This document shows, piece after piece, positions 15,001 through 30,000 of a stretch of DNA of 64,000 nt; the stretch's first letter is position 1; each line of letters opens with the position of its first letter. Source of the stretch: Eledone cirrhosa (lineage: Eukaryota). The notes beneath the pieces were generated by a model that was not told where the DNA came from, searched no databases, and saw nothing but the letters and a program-made list of their open reading frames with translations. A program made the position numbers and the translations under genes. The DNA lies in NCBI GenBank assembly GCA_964016885.1, contig OZ024744.1:15066001-15130000 (forward strand), written 5' to 3'.

Positions 15001-18000
15001 ATTACTCCAGCAATATGTAATGTAGATTACTCCAGCAATATGTAATGTAGATTACTCCAGCAACATGTAGTGCATAATACTCCAGCAATATGCAATGTAT
15101 ATTACTCCAGCAATATGTAATGTAGATAACTCCAGCAATATGTAATGTAGATTACTCCAGCAATATGTAATGTATATTACTCCAGCAATATGTAATGTAT
15201 ATTACTCCAGCAATATGTAATGTAGATTACTTCAGCAATATGTAATGTATATTACTTCAGCAATATGTAATGTATATTACTCCAGCAATATGTAATGTAG
15301 ATTACTCCAGCAATATGTAATGTAGATTACTCCAGCAACATGTAATGTAGATTACTCCAGCAATATGTAATGTAGATTACTCCAGCAATATGTAATGTAT
15401 ATTACTTCAGCAATATGTAATGTAGATTACTCCAGCAATATGTAATGTAGATTACTCCAGCAATATGTAATGTAGATTACTCCAGCAATATGTAATGTAG
15501 ATTACTTCAGCAATATGTAATGTAGATTACTCCAGCAATATGTAATGTAGATTGCTCCAGCAATATGTAATGTAGATTAGTCCAGCAATATGTAATGTAT
15601 ATTACTCCAGCAATATGTAATGTATATTATTTCAGCAATATGTAATGCAGATTACTTCAGCAATATGTAATGTAGATTACACCAGCAATATGTAATGCAT
15701 ATTATTCTAGCAACATGTAATGTAGATTACTCCAGCAATATGTAATGTAGATTACTTCAGCAATATGTAATGTAGATTACTCCAGCAATATGTAATGTAT
15801 ATTACTCCAGCAATATGTAATGTAGATTACTCCAGCAATATGTAATTTAGATTACTCCAGCAATATGTAATGTATATTACTCCAGCAATATGTAATGTAG
15901 ATTACTCCAGCAATATGTAATGTATATTATTTCAGCAATATGTAATGCAGATTACTTCAGCAATATGTAATGTATATTACTCCAGCAATATGTAATATAG
16001 ATTACTCCAGCAATATGTAATGTAGATTACTTCAGCAATATGTAATGTAGATTACTTCAGCAATATGTAATGTAGATTACTCCAGCAATATGTAATGTAG
16101 ATTACTCCAGCAATATGTAATTTAGATCACTCAAGCAATATGTAATGTATATTACTCCAGCAATATGTAATGTAGATTAGTCCAGCAATATGTAATGTTT
16201 ATTACTCCAGCAATATGTAATGTATATTATTTCAGACAATATGTAATGCAGATTACTCCAGCAATATGTAATGTAGATTACTCCAGCAATATGTAATGTA
16301 TATTACTTCAGCAATATGTAATGTAGATTACTTCAGCAATATGTAATGTAGATTACTCCAGCAATATGTAATGTATTTTACTCCAGCAATATGTAATGTA
16401 TATTACTCCAGCAATATGTAATTTAGATTACTCCAGCAATATGTAATGAATATTACTCCAGCAATATGTAATGTAGATTACTTCAGCAATATGTAATGTA
16501 TATTACTCCAGCAATATGTAATGTAGATTACTCCAGCAATATGTAATGTAGATTACTCCAGCAATATGTAATGTAGATTACTCCAGCAATATGTAATGTA
16601 TATTACTTCAGCAATATGTAATGTAGATTACTCCAGCAATATGTAATGTATATTACTCCAGCAATATGTAATGTAGATTACTCCAGCAATATGTAGTGCA
16701 TATTACTCCAGCAATATGTAATGTAGATTACTCCAGCAATATGTAATGTAGATTACTTCAGCAATATGTAATATAGATTACTCCAGCAATATGTAATGTA
16801 GATTACTTCAGCAATATGTAATATAGATTACTCCAGCAATATGTAATGTAGATCACTCCAGCAATATGTAATGTAGATTACTCCAGCGATATGTAATGTA
16901 GATTACTCCAGCAATATGTAATGTAGATTACTCCAGCAATATGTAATGTATATTACTCCAGCAATAAGTAATGTGTATTACTCCAGCAATATGTAATGTA
17001 TATTACTCCAGCAATATGTAATGTAGATTACTTCAGCAATATGTAATGTAGATTACTCAAGCAATATGTAATGTAGATTACTCCAGCAATATGTAATGTA
17101 GATTACTCCAGCAATATGTAATGTAGATTACTCCAGCAATATGTAATGTAGATTACTCCAGCAATATGTAATATAGATTACTCCAGCAATATGTAGTGCA
17201 TATTACTCCAGCAATATGTAATGTAGATTACTCCAGCAATATGTAATGTAGATTACTTCAGCAATATGTAATATAGATTACTCCAGCAATATGTAATGTA
17301 GATCACTCCAGCAATATGTAATGTAGATTATTCCAGCAATATGTAATGTAGATTACTCCAGCAATATGTAATGTAGATTACTCCAGCAATATGTAATGTA
17401 GATTACTCCAGCAATATGTAATGTATATTACTCCAGCAATATGTAATGTATATTACTCCAGCAATATGTAATGTATATTACTCAGCAATATGTAATGTAT
17501 ATTACTTCAGCAATATGTAATGTAGATTACTTCAGCAATATCTAATGTAGATTACTCCAGCAATATGCAATGTAGATTACTCCAGCAATATGTAATGTAG
17601 ATTACTCCAGCAATATGTAATGTAGATTACTCCAGCAATATGTAATGCATATTACTCCAGCAATATGTAATGTAGATTACTACAGAAATATGTAATGTAG
17701 ATTAGTCCAACAATATGTAATGTAGATTACTCCAGCAATATGTAATGTAGATTACTCCAGCAATATGTAATGTAGATTACTCCAGCAATATGTAATGTAG
17801 ATTACTCCAGCAATATGTAATGTAGATTACTCCAGCAATATGTAATGTATATTACTTCAACAATATGTAATGTAGATTACTCCAGCAATATCTAATGTAC
17901 ATTACTCCAGCAATATGTAATGTTGATTACTCCAGCAATATGTAGTGCATATTACTCCAGCAATATGTAATGTAGATTACTCCAGCAATATGTAATGTAG

Positions 18001-21000
18001 ATTACTTCAGCAATATGTAATATAGATTACTCCAGCAATATGTAATGTAGATCACTCCAGCAATATGTAATGTAGATTATTCCAGCAATATGTGATGTAG
18101 ATTACTCCAGCAATATGTAATGTAGATTACTCCAGCAATATGTAATGTATATTACTCCAGCAATATGTAATGTATATTACTCCAGCAATATGTAATGTAT
18201 ATTACTCCAGCAATATGTAATGTGTATTACTCCAGCAATATGTAATGTATATTACTCCAGCAATATGTAATGTAGATTACTTCAGCAATATGTAATGTAT
18301 ATTACTTCAGCAATATGTAATGTAGATTACTCAAGCAATATGTAATGTAGATTACTTCAGCAATATGTAATGTATATTACTTCAGCAATATGTAATGTAG
18401 ATTACTCCAGCAATATGTTATGCATATTACTCCAGCAATATGTAATGTAGATTACTCCAGCAATATGTAGTGCATATTACTCCAGCAATATGTAATGTAT
18501 ATTACTCCAGCAATATGTAATGTAGATTACTCCAGCAATATGTAATGTAGATTACTCCAGCAATATGTAATGTAGATTACTCCAGCAATATGTAATGTAG
18601 ATTACTTCAGCAATATGTAATGTAGATTACTCCAGCAATATGTAATGTAGATTACTCCAGCAATATATAATGTAGATTACTCCAGCAATATGTAATGTAT
18701 ATTACTCCAGCTATATGTAATGTAGATTACTCCAGCAATATGTAATGTATATTACTCCAGCAATATGTAATGTAGATTACTCCAGCAATATGTAATGTAG
18801 ATTACTCCAGCAATATGTAATGTATATTACTCCGGCAACATGTAATGTATATTACTTCAGCAATATCTAATTTAGATTACTCCAGCAATATGTAATGTAG
18901 ATTACTCCAGCAATATGTAATGTAGATTACTCCAGCAATATGTAATGTAGATTACTCCAGCAATATGTAATGCATATTACTCCAGCAATATGTAATGTAG
19001 ATTACTCCAGAAATATGTAATGTAGATTAGTCCAGCAATATGTAATGTAGATTACTCCAGCAATATGTAATGTAGATTACTCCAGCAATATGTAATGTAG
19101 ATTACTCCAGCAATATGTAATGTAGATTACTTCAGCAATATGTAATGTAGATTACTCCAGCAATATGTAATGTAGATTACTCCAGCAATATGTAATGTAT
19201 ATTACTCCAGCAACATGTAATGTAGATTACTCCAGCAATATCTAATGTATATTACTTCAGCAATATGCAATGTAGATTACTCCAGCAATATGTAATGTAG
19301 ATTACTCCAGCAATATGTAATGTAGATTACTCCAGCAATATGTAATGTAGATTACTCCAGCAATATGTAATGTAGATTACTTCAGCAATAGATAATGTAG
19401 ATTACTCCAGCAATATGTAATGTAGATTACTCCAGCAATATGTAATGTAGATTACTCCAGCAATATGTAATGTATATTACTTCAGCAATATGTAGTGCAT
19501 ATTACTCCAGCAATATGTAATGTATATTACTCCAGCAATATGTAATTTAGATTACTCCAGCAATATGTAATGTATATTACTCCAGCAATATGTAATGTAG
19601 ATTACTTCAGCAATATGTAATGTATATTACTCCAGCAATATATAACGTAGATTACTCCAGCAATATGTAATGTAGATTACTCCAGCAATATGTAATGTAT
19701 ATTACTCCAGCAATATGTAATGTATATTACTTCAGCAATTTGTAATGTATATTACTCCAGCAATATGTAATGTAGATTACTCCAGCAATATGTAATGTAG
19801 ATTACTCCAGCAATATGTAATGTAGATTACTCCAGCAATATGTAATGTATATTACTTCAGCAATATGTAATGTAGATTACTCCAGCAATATGTAATGTAT
19901 ATTACTCCAGCAATATGTAATGTAGATTACTCCAGCAATATGTAGTGCATATTACTCCAGCAACATGTAATGTAGATTACTCCAGCAATATGTAATGTAG
20001 ATTACTTCAGCAATATGTAATATAGATTACTCCAGCAATATGTAATGTAGATTACTTCAGCAATATGTAATATAGATTACTCCAGCAATATGTAATGTAG
20101 ATCACTCCAGCAATATGTAATGTAGATTACTCCAGCGATATGTAATGTAGATTACTCCAGCAATATGTAATGTAGATTACTCCAGCAATATGTAATGTAT
20201 ATTACTCCAGCAATAAGTAATGTGTATTACTCCAGCAATATGTAATGTATATTACTCCAGCAATATGTAATGTAGATTACTTCAGCAATATGTAATGTAG
20301 ATTACTCAAGCAATATGTAATGTAGATTACTCCAGCAATATGTAATGTAGATTACTCCAGCAATATGTAGTGTAGATTACTCCAGCAATATGTAATGTAG
20401 ATTACTCCAGCAATATGTAATGTATATTACTTCAGCAATATGTAATGTAGATTACTCCAATAATATGTAATGTAGATTACTCCAGCAATATGTAATGCAG
20501 ATTACTTCAGCAATATGTAATATAGATTGCTCCAGCAATATGTAGTGCATATTACTCCAGCAATATGTAATGTAGATTACTCCAGCAATATGTAATGTAG
20601 ATTACTTCAGCAATATGTAATATAGATTACTCCAGCAATATGTAATGTAGATCACTCCAGCAATATGTAATGTAGATTATTCCAGCAATATGTAATGTAG
20701 ATTACTCCAGCAATATGTAATGTAGATTACTCCAGCAATATGTAATGTAGATTACTCCAGCATTATGTAATGTATATTACTCCAGCAATATGTAATGTAT
20801 ATTACTCCAGCAATATGTAATGTATATTACTCCAGCAATATGTAATGTATATTACTTCAGCAATATGTAATGTAGATTACTTCAGCAATATCTAATGTAG
20901 ATTACTCCAGCAATATGCAATGTAGATTACTCCAGCAATATGTAATGTAGATTACTCCAGCAATATGTAATGTAGATTACTCCAGCAATATGTAATGCAT

Positions 21001-24000
21001 ATTACTCCAGCAATATGTAATGTAGATTACTACAGAAATATGTAATGTAGATTAGTCCAACAATATGTAATGTAGATTACTCCAGCAATATGTAATGTAT
21101 ATTACTTCAGCAATATGTAATGTAGATTACTCCAGCCATATGTAATGTATATTACTCCAGCAATATGTAATGTAGATTACTCCAGCAACATGTAGTGCAT
21201 AATACTCCAGCAATATGCAATGTATATTACTCCAGCAATATGTAATGTAGATAACTCCAGCAATATGTAATGTAGATTACTCCAGCAATATGTAATGTAT
21301 ATTACTCCAGCAATATGTAATGTATATTACTCCAGCAATATGTAATGTAGATTACTTCAGCAATATGTAATGTATATTACTTCAGCAATATGTAATGTAT
21401 ATTACTCCAGCAATATGTAATGTAGATTACTCCAGCAATATGTAATGTAGATTACTCCAGCAACATGTAATGTAGATTACTCCAGCAATATGTAATGTAG
21501 ATTACTCCAGCAATATGTAATGTATATTACTTCAGCAATATGTAATGTAGATTACTCCAGCAATATGTAATGTAGATTACTCCAGCAATATGTAATGTAG
21601 ATTACTCCAGCAATATGTAATGTAGATTACTTCAGCAATATGTAATGTAGATTACTCCAGCAATATGTAATGTAGATTGCTCCAGCAATATGTAATGTAG
21701 ATTAGTCCAGCAATATGTAATGTATATTACTCCAGCAATATGTAATGTATATTATTTCAGCAATATGTAATGCAGATTACTTCAGCAATATGTAATGTAG
21801 ATTACACCAGCAATATGTAATGCATATTATTCTAGCAACATGTAATGTAGATTACTCCAGCAATATGTAATGTAGATTACTTCAGCAATATGTAATGTAG
21901 ATTACTCCAGCAATATGTAATGTATATTACTCCAGCAATATGTAATGTAGATTACTCCAGCAATATGTAATTTAGATTACTCCAGCAATATGTAATGTAT
22001 ATTACTCCAGCAATATGTAATGTAGATTACTCCAGCAATATGTAATGTATATTATTTCAGCAATATGTAATGCAGATTACTTCAGCAATATGTAATGTAT
22101 ATTACTCCAGCAATATGTAATATAGATTACTCCAGCAATATGTAATGTAGATTACTTCAGCAATATGTAATGTAGATTACTTCAGCAATATGTAATGTAG
22201 ATTACTCCAGCAATATGTAATGTAGATTACTCCAGCAATATGTAATTTAGATCACTCAAGCAATATGTAATGTATATTACTCCAGCAATATGTAATGTAG
22301 ATTAGTCCAGCAATATGTAATGTTTATTACTCCAGCAATATGTAATGTATATTATTTCAGACAATATGTAATGCAGATTACTCCAGCAATATGTAATGTA
22401 GATTACTTCAGCAATATGTAATGTTGATTACTCCAGCAATATGTAATGTATATTACTCCAGCAATATGTAATGTATATTACTCCAGCAATATGTAATTTA
22501 GATTACTCCAGCAATATGTAATGAATATTACTCCAGCAATATGTAATGTAGATTACTTCAGCAATATGTAATGTATATTACTCCAGCAATATGTAATGTA
22601 GATTACTCCAGCAATATGTAATGTAGATTACTCCAGCAATATGTAATGTAGATTACTCCAGCAATATGTAATGTATATTACTTCAGCAATATGTAATGTA
22701 GATTACTCCAGCAATATGTAATGTATATTACTCCAGCAATATGTAATGTAGATTACTCCAGCAATATGTAGTGCATATTACTCCAGCAATATGTAATGTA
22801 GATTACTCCAGCAATATGTAATGTAGATTACTTCAGGAATATGTAATATAGATTACTCCAGCAATATGTAATGTAGATTACTTCAGCAATATGTAATATA
22901 GATTACTCCAGCAATATGTAATGTAGATCACTCCAGCAATATGTAATGTAGATTACTCCAGCGATATGTAATGTAGATTACTCCAGCAATATGTAATGTA
23001 GATTACTCCAGCAATATGTAATGTATATTACTCCAGCAATAAGTAATGTGTATTACTCCAGCAATATGTAATGTATATTACTCCAGCAATATGTAATGTA
23101 GATTACTTCAGCAATATGTAATGTAGATTACTCAAGCAATATGTAATGTAGATTACTCCAGCAATATGTAATGTAGATTACTCCAGCAATATGTAATGTA
23201 GATTACTCCAGCAATATGTAATGTAGATTACTCCAGCAATATGTAATGTATATTACTTCAGCAATATGTAATGTAGATTACTCCAATAATATGTAATGTA
23301 GATTACTCCAGCAATATGTAATGCAGATTACTTCAGCAATATGTAATATAGATTACTCCAGCAATATGTAGTGCATATTACTCCAGCAATATGTAATGTA
23401 GATTACTCCAGCAATATGTAATGTAGATTACTTCAGCAATATGTAATATAGATTACTCCATCAATATGTAATGTAGATCACTCCAGCAATATGTAATGTA
23501 GATTATTCCAGCAATATGTAATGTAGATTACTCCAGCAATATGTAATGTAGATTACTCCAGCAATATGTAATGTAGATTACTCCAGCAATATGTAATGTA
23601 TATTACTCCAGCAATATGTAATGTATATTACTCCAGCAATATGTAATGTATATTACTCAGCAATATGTAATGTATATTACTTCAGCAATATGTAATGTAG
23701 ATTACTTCAGCAATATCTAATGTAGATTACTCCAGCAATATGCAATGTAGATTACTCCAGCAATATGTAATGTAGATTACTCCAGCAATATGTAATGTAG
23801 ATTACTCCAGCAATATGTAATGCATATTACTCCAGCAATATGTAATGTAGATTACTACAGAAATATGTAATGTACATTAGTCCAACAATATGTAATGTAG
23901 ATTACTCCAGCAATATGTAATGTAGATTACTCCAGCAATATGTAATGTAGATTACTCCAGCAATATGTAATGTAGATTACTCCAGCAATATGTAATGTAG

Positions 24001-27000
24001 ATTACTCCAGCAATATGTAATGTATATTACTTCAGCAATATGTAATGTAGATTACTCCAGCAATATCTAATGTATATTACTCCAGCAATATGTAATGTTG
24101 ATTACTCCAGCAATATGTAGTGCATATTACTCCAGCAATATGTAATGTAGATTACTCCAGCAATATGTAATGTAGATTACTTCAGCAATATGTAATATAG
24201 ATTACTCCAGCAATATGTAATGTAGATCACTCCAGCAATATGTAATGTAGATTATTCCAGCAATATGTGATGTAGATTACTCCAGCAATATGTAATGTAG
24301 ATTACTCCAGCAATATGTAATGTAGATTACTCCAGCAATATGTAATGTATATTACTCCAGCAATATGTAATGTATATTACTCCAGCAATATGTAATGTGT
24401 ATTACTCCAGCAATATGTAATGTATATTACTCCAGCAATATGTAATGTAGATTACTTCAGCAATATGTAATGTATATTACTTCAGCAATATGTAATGTAG
24501 ATTACTCAAGCAATATGTAATGTAGATTACTTCAGCAATATGTAATGTATATTACTTCAGCAATATGTAATGTAGATTACTCCAGCAATATGTTATGCAT
24601 ATTACTCCAGCAATATGTAATGTAGATTACTCCAGCAATATGTAGTGCATATTACTCCAGCAATATGTAATGTATATTACTCCAGCAATATGTAATGTAG
24701 ATTACTCCAGCAATATGTAATGTAGATTACTCCAGCAATATGTAATGTAGATTACTCCAGCAATATGTAATGTAGATTACTTCAGCAATATGTAATGTAG
24801 ATTACTCCAGCAATATGTAATGTAGATTACTCCAGCAATATATAATGTAGATTACTCCAGCAATATGTAATGTATATTACTCCAGCTATATGTAATGTAG
24901 ATTACTCCAGCAATATGTAATGTATATTACTCCAGCAATATGTAATGTAGATTACTCCAGCAATATGTAATGTAGATTACTCCAGCAATATGTAATGTAT
25001 ATTACTCCGGCAACATGTAATGTATATTACTTCAGCAATATCTAATTTAGATTACTCCAGCAATATGTAATGTAGATTACTCCAGCAATATGTAATGTAG
25101 ATTACTCCAGCAATATGTAATGTAGATTACTCCAGCAATATGTAATGCATATTACTCCAGCAATATGTAATGTAGATTACTCCAGAAATATGTAATGTAG
25201 ATTAGTCCAGCAATATGTAATGTAGATTACTCCAGCAATATGTAATGTAGATTACTCCAGCAATATGTAATGTAGATTACTCCAGCAATATGTAATGTAG
25301 ATTACTTCAGCAATATGTAATGTAGATTACTCCAGCAATATGTAATCTATATTACTTCAGCAATATGTAATGTAGATTACTCCAGCAATATGTAATGTAG
25401 ATTACTTCAGCAATAGATAATGTAGATTACTCCAGCAATATGTAATGTAGATTACTCCAGCAATATGTAATGTATATTACTCCAGCAACATGTAATGTAG
25501 ATTACTCCAGCAATATCTAATGTATATTACTTCAGCAATATGCAATGTAGATTACTCCAGCAATATGTAATGTAGATTACTCCAGCAATATGTAATGTAG
25601 ATTACTCCAGCAATATGTAATGTAGATTACTCCAGCAATATGTAATGTATATTACTTCAGCAATATGTAATGTAGATTACTCCAGCAATATGTAATGTAG
25701 ATTACTTCAGCAATAGATAATGTAGATTACTCCAGCAATATGTAATGTAGATTACTCCAGCAATATGTAATGTAGATTACTCCAGCAATATGTAATGTAT
25801 ATTACTTCAGCAATATGTAGTGCATATTACTCCAGCAATATGTAATGTATATTACTCCAGCAATATGTAATTTAGATTACTCCAGCAATATGTAATGTAT
25901 ATTACTCCAGCAATATGTAATGTAGATTACTTCAGCAATATGTAATGTATATTACTCCAGCAATATATAACGTAGATTACTCCAGCAATATGTAATGTAG
26001 ATTACTCCAGCAATATGTAATGTATATTACTCCAGCAATATGTAATGTATATTACTTCAGCAATTTGTAATGTATATTACTCCAGCAATATGTAATGTAG
26101 ATTACTCCAGCAATATGTAATGTAGATTACTCCAGCAATATGTAATGTAGATTACTCCAGCAATATGTAATGTATATTACTTCAGCAATATGTAATGTAG
26201 ATTACTCCAGCAATATGTAATGTATATTACTCCAGCAATATGTAATGTAGATTACTCCAGCAATATGTAGTGCATATTACTCCAGCAACATGTAATGTAG
26301 ATTACTCCAGCAATATGTAATGTAGATTACTTCAGCAATATGTAATATAGATTACTCCAGCAATATGTAATGTAGATTACTTCAGCAATATGTAATATAG
26401 ATTACTCCAGCAATATGTAATGTAGATCACTCCAGCAATATGTAATGTAGATTACTCCAGCGATATGTAATGTAGATTACTCCAGCAATATGTAATGTAG
26501 ATTACTCCAGCAATATGTAATGTATATTACTCCAGCAATAAGTAATGTGTATTACTCCAGCAATATGTAATGTATATTACTCCAGCAATATGTAATGTAG
26601 ATTACTTCAGCAATATGTAATGTAGATTACTCAAGCAATATGTAATGTAGATTACTCCAGCAATATGTAATGTAGATTACTCCAGCAATATGTAATGTAG
26701 ATTACTCCAGCAATGTGTAATGTAGATTACTCCAGCAATATGTAATGTATATTACTTCAGCAATATGTAATGTAGATTACTCCAATAATATGTAATGTAG
26801 ATTACTCCAGCAATATGTAATGCAGATTACTTCAGCAATATGTAATATAGATTACTCCAGCAATATGTAGTGCATATTACTCCAGCAATATGTAATGTAG
26901 ATTACTCCAGCAATATGTAATGTAGATTACTTCAGCAATATGTAATATAGATTACTCCAGCAATATGTAATGTAGATCACTCCAGCAATATGTAATGTAG

Positions 27001-30000
27001 ATTATTCCAGCAATATGTAATGTAGATTACTCCAGCAATATGTAATGTAGATTACTCCAGCAATATGTAATGTAGATTACTCCAGCAATATGTAATGTAT
27101 ATTACTCCAGCAATATGTAATGTATATTACTCCAGCAATATGTAATGTATATTACTCCAGCAATATGTAATGTAGATTACTTCAGCAATATCTAATGTAG
27201 ATTACTCCAGCAATATGCAATGTAGATTACTCCAGCAATATGTAATGTAGATTACTCCAGCAATATGTAATGTAGATTACTCCAGCAATATGTAATGCAT
27301 ATTACTCCAGCAATATGTAATGTAGATTACTACAGAAATATGTAATGTAGATTAGTCCAACAATATGTAATGTAGATTACTCCAGCAATATGTAACGTAG
27401 ATTACTCCAGCAATATGTAATGTAGATTACTCCAGCAATATGTAATGTAGATTACTCCAGCAATATGTAATGTAGATTACTCCAGCAATATGTAATGTAT
27501 ATTACTTCAGCAATATGTAATGTAGATTACTCCAGCAATATCTAATGTATATTACTCCAGCAATATGTAATGTTGATTACTCCAGCAATATGTAGTGCAT
27601 ATTACTCCAGCAATATGTAATGTAGATTACTCCAGCAATATGTAATGTAGATTACTTCAGCAATATGTAATATAGATTACTCCAGCAATATGTAATGTAG
27701 ATCACTCCAGCAATATGTAATGTAGATTATTCCAGCAATATGTGATGTAGATTACTCCAGCAATATGTAATGTAGATTACTCCAGCAATATGTAATGTAG
27801 ATTACTCCAGCAATATGTAATGTATATTACTCCAGCAATATGTAATGTATATTACTCCAGCAATATGTAATGTGTATTACTCCAGCAATATGTAATGTAT
27901 ATTACTCCAGCAATATGTAATGTAGATTACTTCAGCAATATGTAATGTATATTACTTCAGCAATATGTAATGTAGATTACTCAAGCAATATGTAATGTAG
28001 ATTACTTCAGCAATATGTAATGTATATTACTTCAGCAATATGTAATGTAGATTACTCCAGCAATATGTTATGCATATTACTCCAGCAATATGTAATGTAG
28101 ATTACTCCAGCAATATGTAGTGCATATTACTCCAGCAATATGTAATGTATATTACTCCAGCAATATGTAATGTAGATTACTCCAGCAATATGTAATGTAG
28201 ATTACTCCAGCAATATGTAATGTAGATTACTCCAGCAATATGTAATGTAGATTACTTCAGCAATATGTAATGTAGATTACTCCAGCAATATGTAATGTAG
28301 ATTACTCCAGCAATATGTAATGTAGATTACTCCAGCAATATGTAATGTATATTACTCCAGCTATATGTAATGTAGATTACTCCAGCAATATGTAATGTAT
28401 ATTACTCCAGCAATATGTAATGTATATTACTCCAGCAATATGTAATGTAGATAACTCCAGCAATATGTAATGTATATTACTCCAGCAATATGTAATGTAG
28501 ATTACTCCAGCAATATGTAATGTATATTACTCCAGCAACATGTAATGTATATTACTTCAGCAATATCTAATTTAGATTACTCCAGCAATATGTAATGTAG
28601 ATTACTCCAGCAATATGTAATGTAGATTACTCCAGCAATATGTAATGTAGATTACTCCAGCAATATGTAATGCATATTACTCCAGCAATATGTAATGTAG
28701 ATTACTCCAGAAATATGTAATGTAGATTACTCCAGCAATATGTAATGTAGATTACTCCAGCAATATGTAATGTAGATTACTCCAGCAATATGTAATGTAG
28801 ATTACTTCAGCAATATGTAATGTAGATTACTCCAGCAATATGTAATGTATATTACTTCAGCAATATGTAATGTAGATTACTCCAGCAATATGTAATGTAG
28901 ATAACTTCAGCAATAGATAATGTAGATTACTCCAGCAATATGTAATGTAGATTACTTCAGCAATATGTAATGTATATTACTCCAGCAACATGTAATGTAG
29001 ATTACTCCAGCAATATCTAATGTATATTACTTCAGCAATATGCAATGTAGATTACTCCAGCAATATGTAATGTAGATTACTCCAGCAATATGTAATGTAG
29101 ATTACTCCAGCAATATGTAATGTAGATTACTCCAGCAATATGTAATGTATATTACTTCAGCAATATGTAATGTAGATTACTCCAGCAATATGTAATGTAG
29201 ATTACTTCAGCAATATGTAATGTAGATTACTCCAGCAATATGTAATGTAGATTACTCCAGCAATATGTAATGTAGATTACTCCAGCAATATGTAATGTAG
29301 ATTACTCCAGCAATATGTAATGTAGATTACTCCAGCAATATGTAATGTATATTACTTCAGCAATATGTAATGTAGATTACTCCAGCAATATGTAATGTAG
29401 ATTACTCCAGCAATATGTAATGTAGATTACTCCAGCAATATGTAATGTAGATTACTCCAGCAATATGTAATGTATATTACTTCAGCAATATGTAGTGCAT
29501 ATTACTCCAGCAATATGTAATGTATATTACTCCAGCAATATGTAATTTAGATTACTCCAGCAATATGTAATGTATATTACTCCAGCAATATGTAATGTAG
29601 ATTACTTCAGCAATATGTAATGTATATTACTCCAGCAATATATAACGTAGATTACTCCAGCAATATGTAATGTAGATTACTCCAGCAATATGTAATGTAT
29701 ATTACTCCAGCAATATGTAATGTATATTACTTCAGCAATTTGTAATGTAGATTACTCCAGCAATATGTAATGTAGATTACTCCAGCAATATGTAATGTAT
29801 ATTACTCCAGCAATATGTAATATATATTACTCCAGCCATATGTAATGTAGATTACTCGAGCAATATGTAATGTATATTACTCCAGCAATATGTAATGTAG
29901 ATTACTCCAGCAATATGTAATGTAGATTAATTCAGCAATATGTAATGTAGATTACTCCAGCAATATGTAATGTAGATTACTTCAGCAATATGTAATGTAT

